Shown: positions 1 through 12,924 of the stretch, one piece after another | Numbering within the stretch: the stretch's first letter is position 1 | Layout of the letters: each line of letters starts with the position of its first letter | Origin: Octopus sinensis | Lineage: Eukaryota | Direction of reading: 5' to 3' | Assembly: GCF_006345805.1 (NCBI RefSeq) | Contig: NC_042998.1 | Span: 181,598,001-181,662,000 of the forward strand | Length of the DNA stretch: 64,000 nt | Notes under the pieces: model-generated | What the model was told of the DNA's origin: nothing | Database searches by the model: none | The model's input: the letters and a program-made list of their open reading frames with translations, nothing else | Translations under genes and position numbers: made by a program

Positions 1-2249
1 ATTTATTAACGAGTAATTTATATCAAATTATAAATGCTGTTAATGCTGATTGAATATTTACCAAATGTCCCTTATAAAGTACACTTTGCAATGATTTTAG
101 TAAAAAAAGATGTGTTGAGAATGATTATTAAACGGAAATGTCCTAAACATAAAGGTCGGAAGATCAGTATTCGTCTAAATAGTTTATATCAGGTTTCAAA
201 TTTATCACTTATGTGATTAAGATATAATAGTTGTGGGCTTATAAAGACAGGGGTCCAATGAATATTGCATGTACTTTTACAAAAACTGTCAACAGCCTTT
301 TAAAATAATGGATAGTCGTCCCTTTTAGTTAATCACAGCAAGACATTAAGTTTATTTTAATATAAAGTAATCTGACGAGAAAATTTTTCATCCGATTCAA
401 GCATTTCGATTACCCGATTCTTTTAGGGGCCCTAATAACAAATGCAAGTGAAACATTGAATTTTAAAGTAAGAGATTTTCCAGGCTCTTAAAAAATCCCA
501 AGTTTAGGCTTTCGTTGAATTAAATTTGTTTTATCGCATTTAAATATTGTGTTCCCCCAATGTTATCCCAAATTATCCGGAACAATTGCAATTCGGTTCA
601 CCTTAAACATTGTAGCCGTTGGGAGCGAAATAGTAATTGCATAATTATATTTGATGTGAAAAAAAATATACATTTCGGATCTTTAACTGAAACTGTTATG
701 ATACTCCAGATAAATTTCACTAAATTTGAAATGTATTCAACATTATATGCATAGGTCGTCACTTGGAAAAGGAACGGATAACTACTTACTTGAAACGAAG
801 CACTCCTATAGACACCAACTTAGTTAAAGCATCGAGATTATATAAGGGAGGGGGTAGTAAGAAAGCCTCCCGGTCAGTCGTGGGGAAAAAAAAACAGAAG
901 CAAAACAAAATTGAAATGAAATAACTGAAAAAAGTATATCAGCACGATAAATTAAAGAATTTAAACATGAAACTTTATAGTTAAAAAAAAATAAAACATG
1001 CTACGTTCTAAAATAATGTGAAAGTAATGTGATCAAGATAACTGAAGCAGACGGGGCTCGCATCGCGGTTTCTCTTGGTTGATGCCAACTAATTTTAGTT
1101 ACACTCCTTGTCTCTTTTTAAAAAATTCAAAAGCATGCATTGAAAGTCAGATACATTCGTCCCCTTTTCTGGTGACAGTCATACCTTTTGCCGCTGTAAG
1201 AAAACATTATCGTTAAAAAAAATTAAGTGAAAAATATAATTATACTGTATAAGATAGTTGGGCGTTGTTTAGGTCCAGGTCAGTGTCCCAGTGAAAAGGG
1301 ACCCGATGAAACGTGTTCAAACAAACGTCTTTTTTTTTTTTTTTTGTTATTGTGTCCTTTCTAATTTGTAAGATACTAGGGTCCGGTTTTAGGGAGACCT
1401 GACTGCTATACTATGTGTCATATAAGTTTCCTTCTGGGCCCACTTATATAATATTGCATTAATATTTTATAAATCAATCTATTTAAATGTATTAAAATAC
1501 TCTTTAAAGGGGAGAATATAGGTACTGATGCTGTAAAAAGAATGCGAAGACAAAAAAATATGTAAACTGATATATCAGAAAATTTACCGCAAATTCACAG
1601 ACCGAGTAAAATAACGCACGTACGAAGGAATGAGTAAAGTTATGTAAATTTTATAGATATAATAATTGTGTGTGTGCGATGCGCGCACACACACACACAC
1701 ACTCAGAATAACTGTTACAGCTGATAGGCTTTGTATCGTGTGAGCACATACTTGTGTGTGTATGTGTCAAATACCAATTTGTCAGTTGCTAAGCAATATA
1801 TTAAGTCTTGTGAAACCAACGCCCACAGTGCCCCTTTTTTGCTGCAATGGTCTGATTTCGTAGCTCATTGCAAAGAATATATACGCAATAACTAGCATAC
1901 TCATATGACTCTCGTCATCATGGCCGGATTAGGACCCACTGAGGCCCTAAACACTTAGAAGATTTTGGTACCCCCATATATATGTAATTCAAAATGAAAA
2001 CAGTAACAAACCATAAAATAATTTTTTATTTTTCAAAGTGAAACAAACCTAAGAGTGGAATGTTTATTTTGATATACTTTCACTTTATTCATATTTGCAA
2101 AGTCATTGATCATATCCGCACTATGACACCATGAACACTTCAGAATTATAATTTCGATCATGGAAATCACCTCGAATATTATTTAACAAGTTTATAGAAA
2201 TTTCTTTTGTACTGTAAACCATTTACCATTTCTGTGGTGCCCCCCCCCA

Positions 2250-3440
2250 CATGATCTAACAGCTCTTGGACATCTTCCTGGTAGGGCCAGAGTATGAAGG
2301 TGTCATCAACATATCGCAGCCATAGGGTTGGTTTTAGTGGTGCTGATCCTAAAGCCAAATACTCAAAGTATTCCATGTATATATTGGCTATTATCGGTGA
2401 TAATGGCGAACCCATAGCTAAACCCTCTCCTTGTCAATATATATCAGTGTCCATACTGAAGTAGGTAGTTTCTACACAGAAGGTCAACATTTCCATCAAG
2501 TTTCTTATACTAGTGCGTTCTTTTAGATGGGTGTCTGTCACTAGTTTTTCTTGAATCACCGATAGTGCTTCACCAGTTGGGACTTTGGTGAACAAACTTA
2601 TCACATCTTGGCTCACCATCTGGCTGGATTCAATGGGGGTATCCTTGATCAATTCTGTGAAGTGGGTGGAATTCTTCACGTACGATGTTGACTTTCCTGC
2701 TAATGGACTGATTATATCCACAAGGAAGCAGCTCAGTGGATGACATGCTGAACCTCTACAGCTCACTATAGGTCTTAATGGAATACCATCCTTGTGAATC
2801 TTAGGAAGGGCGTACATGTGTGGTAGTTTACTGTAGTGTTGAGTCGGTTGTCTGTACTTCATTGGTGTAAAGTGATCCTTGTTCTTGATCAAGATCTGTG
2901 ACAACTTCCTCTCTGTTTTCAGAGTTGGGTCTTTTTTTTTCTTTGCTGTGGCTACCATCACTTCTAAGACTTGCCAATTTTTCAGAGTAGTCAGACTTGT
3001 TCATCACCACTGTTGCACTTCCCTTGTCCGCTGGAAGTATTATGATAGAATTGTCATTCTGTAGTCTTTTGATAGCAAACTTTTCTTCCTTAGTGATGTC
3101 TGGTTTCAGAAGTTTCGTTTTTTCTAGTACCTGTCTCACTTTCTACCTTAGTTCATCTCCCTGAACTTTTGGTATCTTTATGGCTATCTGTTCAATAGGA
3201 GCTATTATATCCAAGCATGGAATGCGCTTGATGGTTGTTGCAAAGTTGAGACCTTTGTTTAGTACTGCTTCTTCAGAGCTTTCTAGATGTCAGCTACTTA
3301 CATTAATTACTGCTTTCACAGGTGGGTGACTGACTTCAGTCTCCATTCTCTGATCTTTGAGTTTCATAAGCTTCTTTATTTGGCATGTCTTCACCATTTC
3401 GAATTCTTTCATCTACAGCTTTTCTAGATCTTGTTGGTTT
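2250..3440 (-). mobile_element. Penelope/Poseidon-type PLE, fragmented reverse transcriptase pseudogene
   Basis: Frameshifted ORFs 2828-3139, 2434-2961 and 2179-2415 carry PLE RT motifs in order: ILPADKGSATVVM, YALPKIHKDGIPLRPIVS, VKNSTHF, DVISLFTKVP, MGSPLSPIIANIYME, WLRYVDDTF. The element is truncated after the YVDD motif and no endonuclease is seen. Confidence 0.9.
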
Positions 3441-3489
3441 CTCTTTCTAGAATGCAGATATGAGAACCCAAGTTCAAAATTTCCCCCAA

Positions 3490-3531
3490 GACACCTGATG
3501 AAGGCTGGTATATCAGCCGAAACTTTGTGTT
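3490..3531 (+). ncRNA. Minimal type-I hammerhead ribozyme motif (probably degenerate) beside the PLE
   Basis: GACAC-CTGATGA-A-GGCTG-GTATAT-CAGCC-GAAAC-TTT-GTGTT. Core CUGAUGA and GAAA are present, stem II is GGCTG/CAGCC and stem I is GACAC/GTGTT. Stem III has T where the other copies have G. Confidence 0.7.
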
Positions 3532-3649
3532 AACAACAAACAAGATGAGGACATAAATCCGTTAAATGTAAATAATGTAAGTCTTAAGATTTTAAGTCGA
3601 TGAATTTTAAAGACCTAATTACTAATTATACATTGTGGAAGAGACACAC

Positions 3650-3965
3650 ATAAAATTCACCTAGTGCACTCTGTAAAGTGGTTGGCATTAGGAAGGGTAT
3701 CCAGCCATAGAAACCATGCCATAACAGACAATTGGAGTCTGAACTGCTCCCCGGCTGGCAGTGCCTGTCAAACTGTCTAACCCATGCCAGCATAGAAAAT
3801 GGACATTAAATGATGATGATGAGTGTATATCCATAAAAATAAATCCATAGAAACCAATCCAAATCAGACTGGAAGCTGGTGCAGCTCTCCAGCTTGCCAA
3901 CTCTGGTCAAAATGTCCAACCCATGCTAGCATAGGAAATGTTCGTTAAAGGATGATGATGATGAC
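3650..3965 (+). mobile_element. Two adjacent RTE LINE 3' tails ending in (GAT)n
   Basis: aacccatgccagcat(a/g)gaaa...ttaaatgatgatgat occurs twice and is the reverse complement of the 3' end of the RTE at 61418. Confidence 0.75.
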
Positions 3966-4439
3966 ACCAATAAAATCAATTAATTGAATCTTTTCTATAA
4001 TAAGCAGACAGCAGGGAAACAGATGGGGTGCAGGAGGCTCTGAATAGAGATAATACCTTTTTTGGTATCTCACAACTGCAAGTTGCCAGGGATGGTCAGA
4101 TGGACAGGCATCACTGATCCTCATTCAACTACTAATCTCTCACTTGATGATCCCTGGTGCCACACCTCAGTACCCAACTTCAGCTGGTGGGCTAAACCGA
4201 GATGACATTAACATTGCACCAGTAAACAAAAGACTCCAAGTAAGTCATTCCAAAGGGTGACTGGCAAGAGCAGAGGAACCTGCTTAGGTTAACAGTCTGG
4301 TGTTTGGGGACAATGCATGTCTCAGATAGAGGCATACAGTTGTGGCTAACGGCTTGGTGAGGAATGGATACCACCAAGCTAACTTGCCCATGATACATTC
4401 ATGATGATGACAGCTAGACCAGAACTCATAACAGATTAG

Positions 4440-4595
4440 TTGTTGCCCAGGTTAACGTCAAAAAGTGGACAGGCCAGACCTCAATTTCTCGGACTCAATG
4501 AAGGCAGAAGAAGATTCAGAAAAGTGCCAAAATTTGGTTGCAACATCATCAATGAATGCCCCAATGATCATATGGTTAAGGGATAAGAAGGAAGG
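4440..4595 (+). mobile_element. Degraded C-terminus of an RTE-like LINE ORF
   Basis: The peptides NVKKWTG and KAEEDSEKCQNLVATSS resemble the RTE C-terminal pattern W.DNIKEWTG...AEDR..W..LVA. Confidence 0.35.
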
Positions 4596-6289
4596 GCAGA
4601 TGAGAAGTAGCAACAACTACTATTGCAACAAAAATGATAAAGGAAAGACATGGCTTGGCTATGGTCAAGGGAGTGATAACAGTTGGGAATCAAGATTTGT
4701 TTTTGTTGCTTTGCTCCATATCAGCTCTGAATAAGCAGACATTTGATCAAAGGGATTCCAACCTTGACCATTCCACCTTTTATATGAGTTGTTACTAATT
4801 TTTCTAATTTGTCTCTTTCTTATTTAAGACAGCTGCATTTGATTTGAGAGAGATTTGGCTGATACTTCATGTAGGCGTGCAACAACAGAGGCTTCCAGCC
4901 AGTATTTGGGTGATCCTTCTAAAAATTGATCACAAATTCATTTGGCTTTAACAATCCATAATATTAATGTTTCCAATGACACAAAGTATTAGATTTATAA
5001 CAGGTATGAACTTGCAATTTTGTCATGCTCATATCAAAGCCTGCTTATCAGGCAGAGAACATTTCTCTTATTTTTTTTTATGAGTCCTCTGTGTGTGTGT
5101 GCGTGCGTGCATACATGTGTGTGCTGGAAAACCCATCGTTTCTTATATAAAACCATTGGTTACATAATACAAGTCAGTATGCCTGATATTTGTGGAAGTG
5201 CAGGGTTAATGCAGGAGCCAATCCTGATTTGATTAGACTTGAAGCTCCAAAATACTAGCAGGGCATACCATGAAACGTGATTCTTAAGTATGCTTAGGTA
5301 TGGATTAATTAATTATGAGATAATCAACTTGCGTAAATAACTAATTTAATTAGACTTTAAGCTCCAGTAATGAATTACATTGACTATTACTCCTTAGACA
5401 CAAGTGGTACTTAAATGAAAACTTAAGGGAAAAAAACGGGTATGGAAAGACAAATTAAGAAGTTTTAATTAGACACTTAATTAGGAATTAATTAGACTTT
5501 CTGCTCCAGCGTCAATTACTTCGCAGAAATGTTCACTAAACCCAACTGAATCTATTCATGTCACCTAAGAACCATTTTAGGTATGGATTTCTAATTTAAG
5601 AAGCATTTTCTACTAATCACTATACACTAATTAAGAAGAAACATACAGAAACTCTGTTTTCAAGCTATGTGATGAATGCAACATAGAAACATGTCTTAGA
5701 CCCAGTTGACCCAGTTGACATGGAAGGAAGAAATTAAGAAACATTCCAGGTATTGGAAGACAATAAGAGATCTTTAATTAGATCATTAATTAGGTCTTAA
5801 TTAGACTTTCTGCTCCGGTGTAAATTCTTTCACTAAAATATCCAGCTTGTCAAACTGAATATAATCATAGTATGTAAGAATGACAGGTATGGATCCCTAA
5901 TTTAAGAAGCATTTTGACTAACATATCCTCCTCTATTGAATATGGAAAAACACCTTTAACTGAAAAAATGTTGATTTTCCATTGCATGGCATCGGAATTC
6001 TTCCTCCATTACTGATGCTGACTGCTGTCAATACATAATGCATGTCGCTTTCGTTCATTCGAATAAAATTAATTTTTAAAGCAGTAATTTTTTCTCTTAA
6101 AGGTAACTTGTCCCGTCACAAACTTCACAAAAATGGAAACTAACTGTTACAAACAAAAAATAGATTAAAACTACAACAAAGGGCAACTTGCCCCTTGGAC
6201 AAAAATGTCTTATTTAAAATCAGGACTGGCTCTCAGTCTAACATTATTTATGGGATGACCCAATACATATATGTATTTATATATACATA

Positions 6290-6329
<40 letters not shown>

Positions 6330-6374
6330 TTTTCCCTGTAATTTTGGATTTATATTCCCTCAAATAATAATTAT

Positions 6375-6410
<36 letters not shown>

Positions 6411-6845
6411 ATACAAACACATGCATACTTATACATAAATACTCAGACATACATACACACACACAGATACACACATACTCGTAGTATTCATTATGTACAA
6501 AAGAAATATTAGTTTGAAAAAGCAACCTGTGTATCATACTTAAAAGAGATACATCATTACGTAATTAATTGTGGAATCTGAGAAAGTTTTGAGAATAACA
6601 TTTAAATTGACCATTAAAATATAAAATTACTTCACAGACACAGAGACCTCTAATTTATAAGTGAATACAAATGTGTGTAGCAATGCACCGAAAAAGTAAG
6701 GTGAATGTCAGAAGATAAGGCAAAAATGCTTTTGTCATAGCTGAAGAATAAATCGATAACAACATTTAGCAGTTGACAGCAAAAGCCAGTGAGATCAACT
6801 GATAAATCTGCATAGTAATTAATGATATCTAATTTAGACACAGTC

Positions 6846-7470
6846 GAAGCACATGGCCTAGTGGTTAGAGCAGTGGATTTGTGGTCGAGGGATCGCGGGT
6901 TCGAATCTCAGACCGGGTGATGTGTGTGTTTATGAGTGAAACACCTAAGCTCCACGCGGCTCCAGCAGAAGGTAGTGGCGAACTTCTTTTGACTCTTTCG
7001 CCACAACTTTCTCTCACTCTTTCCTCCTGCATCTTGCAACTCACCTGCAACAAACCGGTGTCCCATCCAGGTGGGGAACCTATACGCCAAGGAAACCAGG
7101 AAACCGGCTCTATGCCCCACAAGGGGCAAAAAGGATTAAGAAGAAGAATTTAGATACAAGGGAGGCACATGGCCTAGTAGTCAGAGCAGCAGACTCACAG
7201 TTGAGGGATTGTAGGTTCAAATCTCAGACTAGGCGATGTATGTGTTTATGAGCAAAACACCTAAGTTCCACATGGCTCCAGCAGAACGTAATGGTGAACT
7301 TCTGCTGACTCTTTCGCCACAACTTTCTCTCACTCTTTCTTCCTGCATCTAGCAGCTCACCTGCGACGGACCAGCATCCCATCCAGGTGGGGAACCTATA
7401 TGCCAAGGAAACCAGGAAACTGGCCCTTATGAGCCAGGCATGGCTTGAAGAGGAACAAACAACAACATTT
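6846..7470 (+). mobile_element. Two tandem copies of tRNA-like SINE family B
   Basis: Heads gcacatggcctagtggttagagc...ggttcgaatc (A/B-box-like) start at 6846 and 7161. A similar motif (aatttagacac / aatttagatac / ttttagactc) sits before, between and after the copies. Confidence 0.85.
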
Positions 7471-7747
7471 TAGACTCAAGGCCAGTAACTTTGAGGGGAG
7501 GGGGATTAGTTAATACCATTGACCCCATTTCTTGACAGGTACTTTATTTTACCAACCCCAGGGAGGTGAAAGGTAAAGTTGACCTCACCAGATTTTGAAC
7601 TTGGAAAGTAAAGATACAGAACAAACGCTGCAATGCACTTTTTCCAGTGCTTTAAAGATTCTGTCAGCTCACCTAAATAACTGAAGGAACTAAAACATCT
7701 TTGTCACCTAATGCTTTCTGTGGCTAGATAATATTCCAGCCATTAGA

Positions 7748-7975
7748 TCATCATCATCATCGTTTAACGTCCGTTTTCCATGCTAGCATGGGTTGGACGG
7801 TTCAACCGGGGTCTGAGAAGCTAGGAGGCTGTACCAGGCTCCAGTCTGATCTGGCAGTGTTTCTACAACTGGATGCCCTTCCTAATGCCAACCACTCCAT
7901 GAGTGTAGTGGGTGCTTTTTACGGGCCACCAGCACAGGTGCCAGGGGAGTCTGGCCATGGCCAAGATGAGAAGTA
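7748..7975 (-). mobile_element. RTE LINE 3' tail
   Basis: catcatcatcatcgtttaacgtccgttttccatgctagcatgggttggacgg, the same as the RTE 3' end at 61418. Confidence 0.85.
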
Positions 7976-8094
7976 TATTTTTAATTATTGCTTTGCAGTA
8001 AATTTTTTTTTCCTGTTAGCATCAGTAAGGATAGTTACAAATTAGACATTTCTTAAAGTTAGAGAGAAAATTTATAATTGGATGTTCTTCATAC

Positions 8095-8164
8095 CCTTGA
8101 TAATTCAATCATGAATTCAACTGCAGACAGTAACATTCTTTGTCTTGTTGTTACATCATATTGA
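8095..8164 (-). CDS. Candidate internal exon (xQYDVTTRQRMLLSAVEFMIELSR), product unknown
   Basis: Acceptor ttaattctattctag| and donor AGG|gtatga with an open 70-nt frame. No homology recognised and no phase-compatible neighbour found. Confidence 0.25.
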
Positions 8165-8202
8165 CTAGAATAGAATTAACATTTACAAATATGTGATCAA
8201 TA

Positions 8203-8744
8203 GGCGCAGGAGTGGCTGTGTGGTAAGTAGCTTGCTTACGAACCACATGGTTTCGGGTTCAGTCCCACTGCGTGGCACCTTGGGCAACTGTCTTCTACTA
8301 TAGTCTCAGACTGACCAAAGCCTTGTGAGTGGATTTGGTAGACGGAAACTGAAAGAAGCCCGTCGTATATATGTATATGTATGTAAAACATTTAAATAAT
8401 GAGGGAGATAAACTGAATATTAATTTAATTAATATCAATTTAAAACCAGTAGCCTAGCATACAAAAATCTGAGAAATCAGAGAAAATTCTAATACATGTG
8501 TATATTTTAAGGGCTAAAAACCACTATGTGATATGTGTGTGTTTGTGTGTCTATGTTTGTCCTCCCAACATTGCTTGACAACTGATGCTGGTGTGTTTAC
8601 GTCCCCGTAACTTAACAGTCTGGCAAAAGAGACCGATAGAATCAGTACTAGGCTTACAAAGAATAAGTCCTGCAGTCGATTTCCTCGACTAAAGGCAGTG
8701 CTCCAGCATGGCCGCAGTCAAATGACTGAAACAAGTAAAAGAGT
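8203..8744 (+). mobile_element. tRNA-like SINE family A with a ~140-bp insertion in its internal microsatellite
   Basis: Head ggcgcaggagtggctgtgtggtaagtagcttgc...gggttcagtccc, body ccttgggcaagtgtcttct, tail gactgaaacaagtaaaagagt. Confidence 0.9.
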
Positions 8745-9527
8745 AATAGTTCTGATTTACTTAACTTCACAGACATTGCCTTTAACTATACCCTTTTGTT
8801 GTTGTTGTTTTTTTGTGTTGTTTTGTTTTGTTTTTATGATAATAATAATAATAAACCAGAGTTAATGTCACTCACTCTTTCTTTAAATGTTCTGAGTAAG
8901 TGAACTTATTTTTGTAGTGCTTCTAATACAACATAGTTCAAATCCTAGTCAAAATTTTTTTTAAACGCTTTCGTCAGCATGTCACTGTTGACATATTCCA
9001 TTATCTAAGCATTAAACAACTGACAGTGGTGATGCCGGTAGCATTGCTGTTCTTGTTCTTTGTATAAAGGTGTTAGTAATGCGGTTGTAAAAATAGAGGT
9101 AGGACACAATGACTTTGTGCTAAGAAAGAGTAGCAGGAGAAAGCAACTGCCCATGGCAGCTCTCTGTATTCATAAGCTGTCTATATTTATAAGCTTTAAA
9201 GCAAGAATAATTATATCTACTGGGGTTTTTTCTTTTATTTAGAGACTGGGCCCCCTTCTATAAACTTTGCTTCTTGATGTCTTGATGGGAGGTGTTAAAC
9301 AGTAGGGGTGAGTGGAAAAGGGTTATTTGTTAACATCTGCCACATTGAAATGAATATTAAAGTCTAGAGGAATATCAAACAAATGAATAATAGAGTATAG
9401 AGAAGATCAAAGAAATAACAACTGTATCTAAAATCTAAATCTAAAATACAAGAAGCATGCTATCTCTGAATTTTCACTGAAAGTAACTTCAGTGAGTGGT
9501 TATTATGGATAAATATATATAGTTTAA

Positions 9528-9689
9528 GCGCAGGAGTGGCTGTGTGGTAAGTAGCTTGCTTACGAACCACATGGTTCCGGGTTCAGTCCCACTGCGTGGC
9601 ACCTTGGGCAAGTGTCTTCTACTATAGCCTCGGGCTGACCAAAGCCTTGTGAGTGGATTTGGTAGACGGAAACTGAAAGAAGCCCGTCG

Positions 9690-9723
<34 letters not shown>

Positions 9724-9933
9724 CGTTTGTTTGTGTGTCTGTGTTTGTCCCCCTAGTAATGCTTGACAACCGATGCTGGTGTGTTTACGTCCCCGTTACT
9801 TAGCGGTTCGGCAAAAGAGACCGATAGAATAAGTACTGGGTTTACAAAAGAATAAGTCCCGGGGTCGAGTTGCTCGATTAAAGGCGGTGCACCAGCATGG
9901 CTGCAGTCAAATAACTGAAACAAGTAAAAGAGT
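9528..9933 (+). mobile_element. SINE family A, full length
   Basis: Same head, internal (TA)n(TG)n tract and tail as the copy at 8203. Confidence 0.9.
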
Positions 9934-10361
9934 AAATATATATAGTTTGAAATGACTGGTAATTTTTTCTGGGGGTTTTTTGGGGGTTTTTTTTTCTTTT
10001 TCTTTTTCCTTTTTTTTTTATGATTTGATCTAGAAGGAATTGAGCCCTTGAGCTTTGCTGGCACTTTGAAATTGGTGAGATTGATGCTGCTAATGTTCTA
10101 CTTAAACTATTACAAGTTGATAGCTGCAAAAAAAAAAAAAAAAAGAACTCATACTGAGAAAGTTCTAGAGGGAAAATGTTAAGAGAAAGAAGGACCATAC
10201 ATAGTGGTTTGTATGGAGTCTGGTGAGATGGACACTGGACAGAACATGGGTGACAAGAAGAATTCTAATATGTCAGGAATGCTAACTGGAAATGGCATAC
10301 AACCAGTCAGAGTCAAGGAATGGAAATCAGTGAAGTTGCAGCAGAAAATGCTGAGAAAGAA

Positions 10362-10758
10362 GGCATAGGAGTGGCTGTGTGGTAAGTAGCTTGCTTACAA
10401 ACCACATGGTTCTGGGTTCAGTCTCACTGCATGGCACCTTGGGCAAATGTCTTCTACTATAGCCTCGGGCCGACCAAAGCCTTGTGAGTGGATTTGGTAG
10501 ACGGAAACTGATAGAAGCATGTCATATATATGTATATATAAATATGTGTATATGTTTGTGTGTCTGTGTTTGTTTCCCCATCATCAATTGACAACCAATG
10601 CTGGTGTGTTTATGTCCTCGTAACTTAGCTGTTCGGCAAAAAGACCAATAGAATAAGTACTAGGCTTACAAAGAATAAGCCCTGGGGTCGATTCGCAGGA
10701 CTAAAAAGGCGGTGCTCCAGCATGGCCACAGCCAAATGACTGAAACAAGTAAAAGAGT
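10362..10758 (+). mobile_element. SINE family A, full length
   Basis: Same head, body and tail as the other family A copies. Confidence 0.9.
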
Positions 10759-10799
10759 ATATCTGTCGTCCAGAAATTCAAATGTATTGTTGAGCAACA

Positions 10800-12150
10800 T
10801 CAAATCAATCAGATGAGCTACATTTCTTCTAATGTGGAAAGCACTGATTCAGACATGGGAGAAGTATTCCATTATAGATCTCACTTGATCTTTGTAAAGC
10901 TCTAGTTGTGATTGAGGGTTAAAGTGTTTAATGACTGTGATGAAGAAGGCTAGCCTTTGCTGCTGAGGATGTATACTAACTAGAAGAGAACTTCAGTTTT
11001 GGTGTGGCTAATATTTGAAACATTTGTGAGGATTCTAGGTTTGTGCTACTCATATTTAGGTGGCCCTCAATAATATTCTTTTAAGATGTGCAATGATTGT
11101 TTCTTTGTTCCTTTGAAGGTTGACATGACTGCAATAGAGGATATTTTCATGGTCTCTCATCATCATCATCCTCGTTTAACGTCCGTTTTCCATGCTAGCA
11201 TGGGTTGGACAGTTCGACCGGGGTCTGGGAAGCCAGGAGGCTGCACCAGGCTCCAGTCTGATCTGGCAGAGTTTCTACAGCTGGTAAACAGCCACGATCG
11301 GTTGATGCTTTTACGTGTCACCGAAACAGACGCCACTCAGGTGGTGCTGGCTTCTGCCACGTTCGGACAGTGCTTTTCTTTCAACGTGTCACCGGCACGG
11401 GTGTCTTAACTACTATTTCCATTCAATTTTCATTTGATGTTGGTGTTAACGTACTTGACTCAATAGGTCTTTCATCACAAAATCAGTGCAGACTTTATGT
11501 GAAGTGTCAAGGACGAGTTCAAAAGTATAGGAAAGAATGAACGATATTATCATCAATGTAGAAACAGGAAAGTGGATGTGATGCCAAGTAGATATTAAAA
11601 GAAGAGTGTGGGAAACAAAATTAAGCCCTGGAGCATAGCAGAGGGTGGGTTAGAGAGAATGTCACCAGTTACATCTCACAGAACACCACTAATCCAAGGG
11701 ACAGGAATTGGATGGAGTCAATGTGGGAAATTTTGATACAAGATTTGCATGTCACACAGCCAAAAGGATTAATGCTGTCTAAAACAACAATGCTGATTCC
11801 ACCAAATTTTTTTCAATGTAACAGTCAGATGAGTAACAGAGAAGAATACAGTCTCTAGTGCACCTGTGTTTATAAAAGCTGTACTGGTTGAGATTGAAGG
11901 TGTCAAAGAAGGCTCTTTATGGCTGTTTCCATTACTTTTGAAAGGAAAAGAATGAGTAGGACAGTGATTTATGAGGTAAAAGTTATTGCTCTTCCTGAGA
12001 ATAAAACACCCTTTCAATATGCTTCCAAAGATAAGAGTTAGATTCTGAGAAAGTCTTAGGAGAATGAAGACATGTCTGGAGTTGTCACTACACTTACCAA
12101 AGTTAGGACTCACCCACTGAATGTCCCCAATCAAATCTTAATAAATTTCA
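10800..12150 (-). mobile_element. Degraded Jockey/CR1-like LINE RT remnant, interrupted by an RTE tail at ~11158-11460
   Basis: Minus-strand peptides QGLILFPTLF (compare PQGSVLSPTLF) and LELYKDQVRSIMEYFSHV (compare LYKAQVRP.MEYCSH.W) occur in the expected order. Confidence 0.6.
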
Positions 12151-12364
12151 GTTTAGGTGTAGTTTTCTTTGTCTTTCTTCACAGATTGTCATTAACACTA
12201 ATGATATTCTTGGTGAAATACTAATTGGTTAAAACTTTGTCTTGGTTAAACTACATTAACTATGTTAGCTTGCACTTAACCATTTAACCTTATGACATAA
12301 TCTTGACTATGAAATGTAGTGCAGTCTCTATGAGAAAGAACTTAAGTTGCAAAGCATCCATATG

Positions 12365-12395
<31 letters not shown>

Positions 12396-12695
12396 CAGCA
12401 TCCATTTTCATAATAAAATAGTATTTTAAAAAATTGAAAAGTAAAAATCAAAGAAAGTAAGGTCAACTACTTCTAATGGGGTCTCGAATAACTAAACTGA
12501 AATCTGTACTATCTAATCTAAAATTAGTCATTGCATGCATAACACAAATCAACAAAACTATTCCATTGTTTATGGGTTTATGGATTACTAAATCAGAAAG
12601 CACTTCAGTTTTTGCTATATCATAGTCTTTGTCATTTGCTTTCATTTTTCCTTATCTTGTGACAATGTAAGTGTAAACAAACCACACATTCACAG

Positions 12696-12760
<65 letters not shown>

Positions 12761-12762
<2 letters not shown>

Positions 12763-12924
12763 TGCATTTTAATGTGTATAAGGAACTCATTTTTGTCAAA
12801 AATTAGGTTTAAAAAATATGGGAGTTTCTTATACACGGATAGTATTATAATCCCTTACACAACCTTTTTTCCAAATTTTAAGCCCCCAAAATTAGGGGTT
12901 TCCTTATACACATTAAAATGTGGT
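12761..12924. mobile_element. 164-bp MITE with 24-bp terminal inverted repeats
   Basis: actgcattttaatgtgtataagga (12761-12784) and tccttatacacattaaaatgtggt (12901-12924) match as inverted repeats at 22 of 24 positions. The element is next to a long (TA)n tract. Confidence 0.75.

Noticed and set aside
1-1900. Possible gene 5' end (CpG-containing, minus-strand donor near 790)
   Set aside because: No ORF, RNA gene or motif cluster could be supported.
9240-9380. DFNIHF peptide suggesting a LINE endonuclease or a terminal exon
   Set aside because: A single short motif with no supporting neighbours.
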